Positions 9,336 to 18,860 of a DNA stretch of 64,000 nucleotides are shown here, piece after piece. The notes below the pieces were generated by a model. That model was given only the letters and a program-made list of their open reading frames with translations. It did not search any database and was not told the DNA's origin. The first letter of the stretch is position 1. Each line of letters starts with the position of its first letter. Both the position numbers and the translations under genes were made by a program. The DNA is from an uncultured Gammaproteobacteria bacterium (GTDB taxonomy: Bacteria > Patescibacteriota > Microgenomatia > Daviesbacterales > UBA10151), in contig CAZVEX010000001.1 in assembly GCA_964625535.1 (NCBI GenBank), forward strand, positions 295 to 64,294. The letters are read 5' to 3'.

Positions 9336-10157
9336 ATGAAGCTAAATACAGAGTGGGTAGCTGGTAAATTACCCAAAAGGCCAAAAGAGGCCAATAAAGG
9401 GACTTTTGGAAAAGTTTTAGTGATAGCCGGATCGAGAAATTATCCCGGAGCGGCATATCTTTGCTCTGCCGCGGCATACAGGGTTGGAGCAGGATTGGTA
9501 ACATTGGCAACGGATGAAACTACTAAAATAATTGTTTCAAGAAAACTACCCGAAGTGACATTTATTCTACCGGAAGAAATTTCTTTTAAGGAATATGATG
9601 TTTGCCTAATTGGTCCTGGATTGGGACAAGAGGAAGAAACTATTGATTTTTTGGGAAAGCTACTTAAAAAAAAATTGCCAAAAACAGTCATTGACGGAGA
9701 TGGGTTGAATATTTTAGCAAAAATTGGCAACTGGTATAAACTTAAATTTGAAGCCATATTAACTCCACATCCGGGAGAAATGAGCAGATTAACGAAATTA
9801 TCCATAAATGAAATACAATCCGACAGAGAAAACATAGCTAAAGAATTCTCCAAAAAGTGGGGACAGGTAGTTGTCTTAAAAGGTGCAAATACAGTAATTG
9901 TCTCCCCCGCCGGGGAAGTTAGAGTTAGTCCTTTTGTAAATCCAGTTTTGGCAACAGCCGGAACAGGGGATGTTTTAGCCGGATGTATCGTAGGTTTTTT
10001 AGCTCAAGGATTAAAAACTTTTGATGCCGCCTGTGTTGGTGTTTATACCCATGGTCTGGCAGGGGAATCGATTAGAGATAAGTTAGGTAATGCCGGGGCT
10101 CTGGCTGGTGATCTGCTGCCTCTGTTACCAGCCGCTATTGCACATATCCAAGCATAG
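9336..10157 (+). CDS. nnrD: NAD(P)H-hydrate dehydratase (stand-alone YjeF C-terminal domain)
   Basis: NKGTFG, GAGLV, IGPGLG, DGDGL, TPHPGEM, VLKG, TAGTGDVLAG. Confidence 0.92.
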   Translation: MKLNTEWVAGKLPKRPKEANKGTFGKVLVIAGSRNYPGAAYLCSAAAYRVGAGLVTLATDETTKIIVSRKLPEVTFILPEEISFKEYDVCLIGPGLGQEEETIDFLGKLLKKKLPKTVIDGDGLNILAKIGNWYKLKFEAILTPHPGEMSRLTKLSINEIQSDRENIAKEFSKKWGQVVVLKGANTVIVSPAGEVRVSPFVNPVLATAGTGDVLAGCIVGFLAQGLKTFDAACVGVYTHGLAGESIRDKLGNAGALAGDLLPLLPAAIAHIQA

Positions 10158-11583
10158 GATCTGTCAAATTGGTGTTTTGCCCGCTGCAAGCATCTTTCAT
10201 TAAATCTTTTGACGGGATCTGGGTTGGAGGTATTACCCCGATATGGCCAAATTTTACTTTGACTTCACCTAGAGCATACTCATCAGGTATAACAATGTTA
10301 TACACCGGACTGCCCCGCCCCGCTACGGCAATATGGGCGTTTTTAAGGAAAAGAAAGTACCGAAAACCCACATTTTCTCCGGGTGAGGTGATGTAATTTA
10401 TGGAAAAGCAGGGGAAGTTTTTACTCTTTGCATCATTTACTATGTAATCAACCACAGCTTTTTTCTCCAGGTAGCCTTTGGCATAATAATTCTGGCCCGT
10501 AATAGAATAGAAACTTTTAATTAGAATGAGAAATAATAAAACTAGGGTAATGAACAAACCTTTTTTCGAGGACTTATATAAAAGGTAGATACAAAGAGAA
10601 GCAATTGCTAAAAATACCACATTGGAGTTGGAGAAATAATATTCCGAAATGGGCGAGGAGGAAAAGTAAAAAAATAAAACCGGACCAATGATCCAGATGC
10701 AAAGAAGGACTGCCTCTTTTAATGCAATTAATTTGGTCTTTACAAGTAATATCCCTGATAAGAAGATAGCGATAGTAAGCAAGGGTGTAAAAAATAGCTG
10801 GTGGATATTTTTATTTAGCATTCCCAAGATCAGCTGGAATCTGTAAAGACCTGTTGGTCCCCCTTCCTGATGCAATCCGAAATTATTTATCAAGCTGTAA
10901 GTTTGATTAAAATTATGTTTAAATTCAAATATAACCAGTGGCGCGGATGTTATCAATAGAAAGATGAGAAAAAGCGCTATATTTCTAAAATCCGGCAGTT
11001 TTTTGGAAGCAAATATTGCAAACGGCAGGCTTAACAGGACAGGGATTAAGGCAATATGTATATGCCAGATGAGCCCGATAAGAGCGCCCATCAGCCAAAA
11101 AAAATGAAATCTTCCCCGGGAGAGCATGATAAGCGCATATAAATACCAAACGGACCAGAGAGGCGTGGTTATTGTGGGGACTATCCATCTGTCAAAATTG
11201 ACGGTTGCCGGCATAGTTGCATACAGTAGTGCTCCCACCAGTCCGACTTTTTCATTAAAAATTTTAGAAAAAACCCAATAGTAGCTTATGATAGTTGCCA
11301 GTCCCAACAAAATTGCGGGTATAGTTGCACCGATAGGATCCATCTTAGTCAAAATAAAAAAGGGAACTAAAAAATAATAAAACAATGGCCCGATATAAAT
11401 TCCCGGAGCTGAAGTCAACTGACCTATGAGCCTGAAATGGTGATTTACTGTGATATCTTTAACAATCCAGGAAAAAAGATCAGCGTCGTGTCCAAAACCC
11501 ATCCTTTCCGCCAGTTGATAGGTTCTAAAGAAAAGGCCCAAAACAATAATTAGAATAAGCAAAAGAAGTTGAGACCTTTTCAT
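10135..11583 (-). CDS. GT-C fold membrane glycosyltransferase (ArnT/PMT-like)
   Basis: Multi-TM; first-loop HDADL...LIGQLTS.PGIYIGPLFYY; soluble C-terminal domain. Confidence 0.8.
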   Translation of the reverse strand: MKRSQLLLLILIIVLGLFFRTYQLAERMGFGHDADLFSWIVKDITVNHHFRLIGQLTSAPGIYIGPLFYYFLVPFFILTKMDPIGATIPAILLGLATIISYYWVFSKIFNEKVGLVGALLYATMPATVNFDRWIVPTITTPLWSVWYLYALIMLSRGRFHFFWLMGALIGLIWHIHIALIPVLLSLPFAIFASKKLPDFRNIALFLIFLLITSAPLVIFEFKHNFNQTYSLINNFGLHQEGGPTGLYRFQLILGMLNKNIHQLFFTPLLTIAIFLSGILLVKTKLIALKEAVLLCIWIIGPVLFFYFSSSPISEYYFSNSNVVFLAIASLCIYLLYKSSKKGLFITLVLLFLILIKSFYSITGQNYYAKGYLEKKAVVDYIVNDAKSKNFPCFSINYITSPGENVGFRYFLFLKNAHIAVAGRGSPVYNIVIPDEYALGEVKVKFGHIGVIPPTQIPSKDLMKDACSGQNTNLTDPMLGYVQ

Positions 11584-11588
11584 ATAAA

Positions 11589-11597
11589 TGTTAAACT
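11589..11597 (+). promoter_or_regulatory. Extended -10 TGTTAAACT, 8 nt before ATG 11606
   Basis: TGnTAnnnT in a 22-bp divergent gap. Confidence 0.55.
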
Positions 11598-11605
11598 AAC
11601 ACACC

Positions 11606-12346
11606 ATGATAGTTTCGGCAATAAGATCAAGAAAATTTTTACCTCCCAAAGATGATCTTTGGCAACTTTTATCAGAAAGCATTAAATCGTTGGAGGAAAA
11701 TTGTGTGGTGGCAGTTACTTCCAAAGTGGTATCAATTGGCGAGGGCAGATGCGTATTGACAAAGATAAAAAGCAAAGACGAGCTGGCAATGATGGAAGCG
11801 GATAAGTATATTCCCCGCAAATTAGCTCCTCATGGACTGGTGATGCATACAATTAAAAATAATATTCTGGTAGCATCTGCCGGAGTGGATGAAAGTAACG
11901 GGGCCGGATTTTATATTCTCTGGCCAAAAGACCCCCAATCATCAGCCAAAAAAATTTGGCAGTTTTTAACAAAAAAGTTTAAAGTAAAAAATCTGGGAGT
12001 AATCATAACGGATTCCCGGTTGGTGCCGCTGCGCCGTGGAGTAGTGGGAGTGGCCATTGGCTATTTTGGATTTTTGCCTTTGAGGAATTATCGGGGTAAA
12101 AAGGATTTATTTGGCAGAAAGTTTGAAATGGAAACATCCAATCTTCCTGATAGTTTGGCCACGGCGGCGGTTTTAGAAATGGGGGAGGGAGCGGAGCAAA
12201 CACCGCTTGCTGTCATCTTCGATATTCCTTATATCAAATTTAGCAAAACTTTTTACAGTTTTCAGATTCCCGAAAAAGAAGATATATTTTATCCGCTGTT
12301 ATCTGTTGTTAAGTGGCAGAAAGGCGGGAGCGGAAAAAATCAATAG
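11606..12346 (+). CDS. CofE-like gamma-glutamyl ligase (F420-0:L-glutamate ligase / FolC2-like)
   Basis: TSKVVSIGEG, SAGVDESN, VIITDS...PLRRG, YRGKKDLFGR, MGEGAEQTP. Confidence 0.85.
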   Translation: MIVSAIRSRKFLPPKDDLWQLLSESIKSLEENCVVAVTSKVVSIGEGRCVLTKIKSKDELAMMEADKYIPRKLAPHGLVMHTIKNNILVASAGVDESNGAGFYILWPKDPQSSAKKIWQFLTKKFKVKNLGVIITDSRLVPLRRGVVGVAIGYFGFLPLRNYRGKKDLFGRKFEMETSNLPDSLATAAVLEMGEGAEQTPLAVIFDIPYIKFSKTFYSFQIPEKEDIFYPLLSVVKWQKGGSGKNQ

Positions 12347-13235
12347 TTTTTGCTAAGCCTTCATTCAGACTGACTTTGGCGTTCCAGCCCAGTTCTTTTT
12401 TAATTTTTTCAGACGAAGCAACCAGTGCTGTCACATCCCCTTTTCTTTCTCCCTGATCATCAATTGGAACCTCATACCCCACCAAATCAAAAATAGTTTT
12501 TATCACATCAGCGACTTTTACTCCGGTTTCAGTACCTACATTATATATATGCAATCCTGTCAAGTTTAAGGGCAGCACATGAGCCAAACTTAAATCATCA
12601 ATATAAATAAAATCCCTTATCTGGCTGCCTTTCCAAAAAAGAGGGAGGGGTTTTTTCTCCAAGGCGGCCTGGATAAAATTGGGTATGGCATGCGTTTCGG
12701 GTTGATGTAACTCACCCGGTCCGTATGGATTAAAATACCGCAAAATTGTTACATCAAAATTATGGAGATTATGGTAAAGCAGACAAAGTTGCTCCATAGT
12801 CACTTTGGTTATCCCGTAAGTATTTTCCTGTTTACCCAGCGGCATATCTTCCGTGATTGGCAATTTTTTGGGTTTTCCGTAAACGCAGGCGCTGGATGAA
12901 AAAATAATCTTTTTTACCCCTGTATTTTTCATGGCCTGCAAAAGTTTGGCAGTTCCCAAAATATTATTTTCCACAAACTCCACCGGTTTTTTGACAGACT
13001 CCCCCACCTCAATTAAAGAGGCCATGTGGATAACGCCTTCATGTCCGGCTAGCACTTCCTCCAATCTTTCCTGATGCAAAATATCAGCCTCTACAAAAGT
13101 GGCCCTTTTATCTATTGATGCTTTGTTGCCGTGAGAGAGATTATCTATGATTGTAACCTGATGTCCCAGTTCAAGAAGCAACCTAACAACATGTGAGCCA
13201 ATAAAACCTGCCCCGCCTGTGACTAATATTTTCAT
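12309..13235 (-). CDS. galE: UDP-glucose 4-epimerase-like extended SDR
   Basis: TGGAGFIG, VGESV, FSSSACVYG, YGITK, LRYFN, RDFIY. Confidence 0.85.
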   Translation of the reverse strand: MKILVTGGAGFIGSHVVRLLLELGHQVTIIDNLSHGNKASIDKRATFVEADILHQERLEEVLAGHEGVIHMASLIEVGESVKKPVEFVENNILGTAKLLQAMKNTGVKKIIFSSSACVYGKPKKLPITEDMPLGKQENTYGITKVTMEQLCLLYHNLHNFDVTILRYFNPYGPGELHQPETHAIPNFIQAALEKKPLPLFWKGSQIRDFIYIDDLSLAHVLPLNLTGLHIYNVGTETGVKVADVIKTIFDLVGYEVPIDDQGERKGDVTALVASSEKIKKELGWNAKVSLNEGLAKTIDFFRSRLSAT

Positions 13236-13242
13236 ATATGAA

Positions 13243-13251
13243 ATTTTAACA
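13243..13251 (-). promoter_or_regulatory. Extended -10 TGTTAAAAT, 7 nt before the galE ATG
   Basis: Reverse complement of 13243-13251. Confidence 0.65.
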
Positions 13252-13275
13252 CATTCTAGTATAGTTTAAGTTGTC

Positions 13276-14757
13276 ATGTTGAAATGGATTTTGGTTATTT
13301 TGGTTTTAACCATTGCTTTGCGCATTGTGTATATTCCATCGGGCGCAGTTTCATTTCACTATGACATGGCAAGAGACGCATATGCAGCCTTGCAGATTTG
13401 GAACGGTGATTTAAAAATTCAAGGCCCTCCCACTTCCACCCCGGGTCTATATCACGGCCCGCTTTATTATTATCTGCTGGCTCCAATTTATGGTTTGGGT
13501 GGAGGAGACCCCCGAGTGGTGGCAATATTTTTTTCTCTGATTAATGCCTTGGTGGTCATTCCGGTGATGTTTTTGGCCAGAGATATTTTTAAATCGGATA
13601 AATGGGCCATCCTTTCCGGAATATTTTTTGTCTTTTCTTTTGAAAACACCCAGTATGGCCCTTGGATTTCAAATCCCGCGCCTGCTGTTTTAACTGTGGC
13701 TTTGTTTTTTCTATTTTTGCTACATTGGCAAAAGGGTAAAGAGTATGGATTATATCTGGCCATAATATCTGCCGCACTTTCCGTGCAATTTCAATTTTTC
13801 TTAATTTATCTTTTGTTTTTAATTCCTGTTTTTGGATATTTATTTAAAATCAAAACAAATTTTAAGCAAAAAATTAATTCTATTTTTATAACCTTAGTTG
13901 GTTTAAGTTCGTTTTTTGTGGCGGCTTTAAAGTTTGGAAATTTGCAAAATTTTACAGGAGGATTTTTCAATATTGCAACTGCCGGTCAAATTGATTTTAG
14001 GTCACAATTTAGTGCACTGGCGCTAAATTATCTGGACAAATTTTCCGAAACTTTTATTTATAACTTTTTCCCTACTAATGTTTTTCTGGGAGGATTATTG
14101 GCATTTTTGAGTTTAATACTACTCAAAAATAAACTTCTGTTTTTTTATTTATTTTTTAATTTGCCCATTTTTATTTTTGGCGGTCACAGCAATACTTATG
14201 CCAATTTAGGGTTAGTCGTGGGAGCGATTTTGGCAGTTTTGAACACGATTAAAATTATTGCAAAAAAGAGCGTCATACTTGCGGCAGCATTGATTTTACT
14301 TTTGGCTATATCTAATCTTTATGCCATATTTAAAAACGGGCCCTTGGGACAAGTTATTTTGGTAATCCCCAATGATATGGTTTTAAAAAATCAATTAAAA
14401 TTAATAGATGAAACTTACCAAAAAGCCGCGGGTCAAGCATTTTCCATAAATACTTTAACGCTCCCTCTTTGGACAAATACCACATGGAGTTATCTTTATT
14501 CCTGGTATGGGCAAAAAAAATACGGATATGTGCCAAAGTTTTTAGGACACAATCAAGTCGGGTTGTTAGGGGCAAATGCCTTGGAAAAAATAGACCAACC
14601 GCTTGAAAAAACGTTTTTCATTATCGAACCCCATGTGGGAATTCCCGATGATATTTATAATCTGGAAATAGGAGCAGAGGATAGTAAAAGCAAATTAATT
14701 TCCGAAACAAAATATGGAGAGTTAAGATTGCAATTTAGAATGCCAAAAAATGAATAA
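13276..14757 (+). CDS. GT-C fold membrane glycosyltransferase
   Basis: YDMARD...GPPTS.PGLYHGPLYYY; multi-TM; WYGQKKYGYVP in the C-terminal domain. Confidence 0.8.
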   Translation: MLKWILVILVLTIALRIVYIPSGAVSFHYDMARDAYAALQIWNGDLKIQGPPTSTPGLYHGPLYYYLLAPIYGLGGGDPRVVAIFFSLINALVVIPVMFLARDIFKSDKWAILSGIFFVFSFENTQYGPWISNPAPAVLTVALFFLFLLHWQKGKEYGLYLAIISAALSVQFQFFLIYLLFLIPVFGYLFKIKTNFKQKINSIFITLVGLSSFFVAALKFGNLQNFTGGFFNIATAGQIDFRSQFSALALNYLDKFSETFIYNFFPTNVFLGGLLAFLSLILLKNKLLFFYLFFNLPIFIFGGHSNTYANLGLVVGAILAVLNTIKIIAKKSVILAAALILLLAISNLYAIFKNGPLGQVILVIPNDMVLKNQLKLIDETYQKAAGQAFSINTLTLPLWTNTTWSYLYSWYGQKKYGYVPKFLGHNQVGLLGANALEKIDQPLEKTFFIIEPHVGIPDDIYNLEIGAEDSKSKLISETKYGELRLQFRMPKNE

Positions 14758-16249
14758 ATCTAAATTACTTGTTTTCACCATTTTATTATTTGGAATTGTT
14801 TATAGATTGATGATGACTTGGAATGGCAATTTTCTTTTTAACATGGATAATGCCAGGGACATGGTGGATGTTAGGGAAATGGTGGTTTTGGGGAAGTTAA
14901 GACTCACAGGACCAACTTCTGCCATTGAAGGTTTGTTTAACGGACCAGCCTGGTATTATCTTTTGGCTGTCCCCTTTGTTTTAACAGGAGGAGATCCATA
15001 TGGTTCAATTGTCATGGAAATAGTCTTGTGGGCCATTGGAGGATTTTTCCTGCTAAAACTAACCAGTCGATTTGGCCTGTGGGCAGTAGCAGTTTCAGGA
15101 TCTTTGTGGATTGCTTCCAATTATATAGTTTTACTGACTACTTATGCTTTTAATCCTAATCCGGTGACTTTTTTAACACCAGTCCTGATTTTTGCAATCG
15201 AAAAGTTTATCAAAACCGGGAAAATCATTTATTCAATATTTGTATGGATCTTGGCGGGAGCGTTTTTTAATTTTGAGATGAATTTTGGCATCTTCATTCC
15301 GTTTATCATCATCTTTGCCGTTTTTCTCTATAAAAAATCAATACTTAAAAATCTAAGCTTTTGGCTTTCTTCCTTAGCTTTTGTGGCCGCAGTACTGCCG
15401 CAAATCTTCTTTGATCTAAGGCATCAATTTATTATGTCAAAATCAGTGATTAATTTTTTATCACAAGGTGGAAGCTTCAACCTACTGTCGCGGACAACTT
15501 CAGTTTACGGCAGTTTTTACAGCACTTTAAATGCTACTTTCATGAACCAGTCTATCATTACTTTAATGTTTCTTGGGTTATTCTTTATTTATCTTGTGTC
15601 TTTTCTTAAAAGATTCAAGAGCAAAGAGATTTTTGAAACGTCTTGTCTGTTATTTGTGCTGATACCGTTTGGTGGGTATGTTTTGCTGCCTGTTCAAGTT
15701 AATTCCTGGCATTTGGGTGGGGCAATGGTGGCCCTGATTTTACTGCTAATCATCATACTTAATAAATTATCCAAACTTGGACTTGTGATTTCTTTGTTAG
15801 TTATTTTTTATGCTCTTTTCAATATTGTCCGCTTTTTCACTCACGATCTATTGATACCCAATCAAGATCCATCTCTTTTTAAAAATGAAATTGCTGCCAT
15901 AGATTATGTTTACGAGTATGCCAATGGCAAAAACTTTAAAGTATATACATACCTGCCTTCGGTTTATGATTACCCTTACCAATATCTTTTTTGGTGGTAT
16001 GGTAAGAAAAAGTATGGATACATCCCTGGGGAATACGCCTATTCTCCCAATAAACCAACTTATATTCCCAGTCAGGATAAATTTCAAGGAAAGAAGGATG
16101 GTTTTTCCGGAATGCTATTTTTAATAAAAGAGCCGGATAGAAATGACACTCGCTCCGGTTGGGAAGGCCCATTTGCCAAATTGGAAACTGTAAAAAAACA
16201 AATAGTTGGATCATTAGAGATCGAGATAAAAAGAGAAATCAATCAATAG
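14750..16249 (+). CDS. GT-C fold membrane glycosyltransferase (paralogue of 13276)
   Basis: MDNARD...GPTSAIEGLFNGPAWYY; WYGKKKYGYIP. Confidence 0.8.
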   Translation: MNKSKLLVFTILLFGIVYRLMMTWNGNFLFNMDNARDMVDVREMVVLGKLRLTGPTSAIEGLFNGPAWYYLLAVPFVLTGGDPYGSIVMEIVLWAIGGFFLLKLTSRFGLWAVAVSGSLWIASNYIVLLTTYAFNPNPVTFLTPVLIFAIEKFIKTGKIIYSIFVWILAGAFFNFEMNFGIFIPFIIIFAVFLYKKSILKNLSFWLSSLAFVAAVLPQIFFDLRHQFIMSKSVINFLSQGGSFNLLSRTTSVYGSFYSTLNATFMNQSIITLMFLGLFFIYLVSFLKRFKSKEIFETSCLLFVLIPFGGYVLLPVQVNSWHLGGAMVALILLLIIILNKLSKLGLVISLLVIFYALFNIVRFFTHDLLIPNQDPSLFKNEIAAIDYVYEYANGKNFKVYTYLPSVYDYPYQYLFWWYGKKKYGYIPGEYAYSPNKPTYIPSQDKFQGKKDGFSGMLFLIKEPDRNDTRSGWEGPFAKLETVKKQIVGSLEIEIKREINQ

Positions 16250-16628
16250 TTATCAATCGCTTGTTATCTTCTAATTTTTCTATACTTATTTTTTTTGTTT
16301 TTTGGGGTAAATATCTTAATTTTTCAGCCCATTCAATTAAAACTATATTATTTTTATCAGATAAAATTTCCTCAAGACCTAAATGATCAAAAGTATTTAT
16401 TCTGTACAGATCAATGTGATAGAGATTTTTATACTGTCTGATTAAAACAAAAGTAGGGGAAATAATTTTATCTTTAATTCCTAAACCTTTGGCAAAACCC
16501 TGGACAAAGGTGGTTTTGCCTGTACCCAAGTCTCCGGATAGAGCAATAATTCCTCCCTTAAGTTTTCTAGCTAAATTTCCTGCCAGTTTTTTAGTTTCTT
16601 GCGGTGAATTGGTGATAAATTTTTTCAT
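16239..16628 (-). CDS. tsaE: tRNA t6A biosynthesis ATPase TsaE
   Basis: GDLGTGKTTF, SPTF, HIDLYR, IEWAE. Confidence 0.95.
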   Translation of the reverse strand: MKKFITNSPQETKKLAGNLARKLKGGIIALSGDLGTGKTTFVQGFAKGLGIKDKIISPTFVLIRQYKNLYHIDLYRINTFDHLGLEEILSDKNNIVLIEWAEKLRYLPQKTKKISIEKLEDNKRLITID

Positions 16629-16639
16629 TGAGGGAGATT

Positions 16640-17692
16640 TTAACCCCTTTTCATAAAAAGGTAAACTGCAAAACCGCCCGAGGCAAAAAGAAAAATCCCA
16701 CCCGTGACATAAAATAATGTAGGTACTTTCCCTCCGGCAACTTTTAATTGCGGGGAGGAAGATGCGCGTTTTTGACCAGATGGGGTTGATGATTTTTTGT
16801 ATTTTTCCAAAGAATAGACTATTTCCGGCAACTCTTCTTGTTTTTTGCTTTCTCCTAAAATGGCAGACGATTTGGGAGTTGAAAGTCCTGATAAACTGAT
16901 ACTCCCTTCGGCAATTTCTACCTCCTTGGCATTGATTTTTACAGTTACCTCATTGCTCCAAGTTGGACCTGATCCGCCGGATGTGTATCTGCCGACTTTG
17001 AAACCGTATTCTCCCGCTCCCTGATATCCCGCATCCATGATATCCGGCTGAATTTCCAAGTTTCCTGACCAACTGCCGGATGAGTTGGTGGTAATTTGAT
17101 ACTGGGAAGAAAAACTGCTGCCATTTTTTATCCAAGAAGAGCCTACTTTGGTCAATCCGAAATAATTGCTGGAACCTTCTTTTCTAAAAGCTCCTTTTAA
17201 ATAAAAGTTGGTATTGGGATAAGAAGATAATTCCAAATTTACTGATGTTGTAAAAGTTTGAGTAGAGTCAATTGATGATGGAACATTAGAAATGGTAAAA
17301 GCAGAGGTAGTTGAGGGAGAAGGGGAGGGTGAAGGAGTTGGGGAAGGGGAGGAGGCGGATAGAATAAAAGACCATGTACTACTCCATTCGCTCCACGTTC
17401 CCCCTGAATCCTTGGCTTTAACTCGCCAGTACCAGGTACCAGCTGATAAAACAGGAGTGTAATTGGTATTGGCAGTGGGATAATCTTTAGGTGGCTGAAT
17501 AAAACCTGTCTCATCATCTACCTGAACTCGATAAGGACTGCTGGTGTACAGTAAATACGAAGGAGCCTGCCAGGTTAAGGTGGTGGAAGAAACTGTGGAT
17601 CCGCTGGCTGGAGATTGTTGAGATGGACCGCTGACCGCATAGACGGAATTAACGAAGAACCCCGCTAAAAACAAAATCAGCCACTTGAGCAT
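16640..17692 (-). CDS. Secreted Ser/Thr-rich surface protein (Fn3/Ig-like domain, SP/TP linker, C-terminal TM anchor)
   Basis: Signal peptide; GTWYWRVKAKD..G.WSEWS; SSPSPTPSPSPSP; terminal TM followed by KRG. Confidence 0.75.
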   Translation of the reverse strand: MLKWLILFLAGFFVNSVYAVSGPSQQSPASGSTVSSTTLTWQAPSYLLYTSSPYRVQVDDETGFIQPPKDYPTANTNYTPVLSAGTWYWRVKAKDSGGTWSEWSSTWSFILSASSPSPTPSPSPSPSTTSAFTISNVPSSIDSTQTFTTSVNLELSSYPNTNFYLKGAFRKEGSSNYFGLTKVGSSWIKNGSSFSSQYQITTNSSGSWSGNLEIQPDIMDAGYQGAGEYGFKVGRYTSGGSGPTWSNEVTVKINAKEVEIAEGSISLSGLSTPKSSAILGESKKQEELPEIVYSLEKYKKSSTPSGQKRASSSPQLKVAGGKVPTLFYVTGGIFLFASGGFAVYLFMKRG

Positions 17693-17714
17693 CTAAAACC
17701 ATCATAACTTAAAG

Positions 17715-18860
17715 TCATAACAGGTGCCAGTAAATAGTGACCAGGCCGTTTTGATGATCAACAACCACCCCTTTAGCGGGTCCGTTATCAAAGCCGGCAA
17801 TCCGACATCCCGAATCTCCGATAGAATAGGCTACCCCGTCGGCAGCAGCTAAAATAGGAGTCCCGACATACTTATCATCATACATATCCAAACCGGTATG
17901 AGTCCCCAGCGCGTATAGTTCCCCATACTCCGTGCTAATGGTGGTTGATCCCGGATAACCTTGCATGGGCGGGCCAAGTTGTCCGTTATCAAGGTATTTA
18001 TGAGGATTGATTCTGCTGCCGTTAACCCTGCCTCCCTCTACTTTGGCATTTTCATAAACTTCAAAATGCAGATGAGGACCGCTGGAACAACCGGATGTTC
18101 CTTCAGATCCTATTTGTTGGCCTTTTTTGACCGGACCGATGACTATTCCCACATTGGATATGGCTCTGGCAATAGAATCTGCATCTGCCTTAAGCTGGGC
18201 AATCAGCCCCTGGAATCTGGCTTCGTCATTTTGGGTGATTCTTAAAAGTTCTTCCTTGGCTTTTTTTTGTTCTTCCAGCTGCTGCTTATAAGTTTCCAGA
18301 TCTTTATTTAATTTTTCCGCCTCTTGTTGTCTTACCTCCTTATCCTGTTTTTGATCGTTGTAAGCTTGCTTAGTAGCTTGCAGCTCATATAATTTCCTCT
18401 TATCATAGGCCTGGGCCACTTGAATATACTTTAACCGTTGCAGCAGATCGGCAAAGCCGTGGGAAGAAAAAAGAAAATCCAGGGTGGACAGATTGGAGTA
18501 TTTATAAGTTTGGACAATTCGCCGCAAGAGAATTTCTGACAGCGTATCCAGCGAGGAAGAAATTCGTGAAATACGGGTTGAGAGCTCGGCAATTTCTCTT
18601 TTGAGTTTTTCAATCCGTAAATTGGTTTCCTCAATTTTTAAGACTGTAACTTTGCCTTGGCTGTCTATAATGTTAAGCTGGGATTTTAAAGTGCGCTCGT
18701 TACCTCTGGCATTTTCAAGCTGGCTTTCCAGTTTGGCAATTTCTGCCTGTTTTTCCTGCAGCTTTGCGCTTAACTCCTCATTAGACTCGGCAAAAACAGG
18801 AAGAAAAAATGGGCTAAGCAAAAAAAGCCCGAGAACAAAGATTAAGAATAGCTTTTTCAT
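17715..18860 (-). CDS. FtsEX-associated coiled-coil M23 peptidase with permuted motif order
   Basis: Signal peptide, long coiled coil (PcsB/EnvC-like), GPHLHFEV then HTGLD...AAADG...YWHL. Confidence 0.85.
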   Translation of the reverse strand: MKKLFLIFVLGLFLLSPFFLPVFAESNEELSAKLQEKQAEIAKLESQLENARGNERTLKSQLNIIDSQGKVTVLKIEETNLRIEKLKREIAELSTRISRISSSLDTLSEILLRRIVQTYKYSNLSTLDFLFSSHGFADLLQRLKYIQVAQAYDKRKLYELQATKQAYNDQKQDKEVRQQEAEKLNKDLETYKQQLEEQKKAKEELLRITQNDEARFQGLIAQLKADADSIARAISNVGIVIGPVKKGQQIGSEGTSGCSSGPHLHFEVYENAKVEGGRVNGSRINPHKYLDNGQLGPPMQGYPGSTTISTEYGELYALGTHTGLDMYDDKYVGTPILAAADGVAYSIGDSGCRIAGFDNGPAKGVVVDHQNGLVTIYWHLL

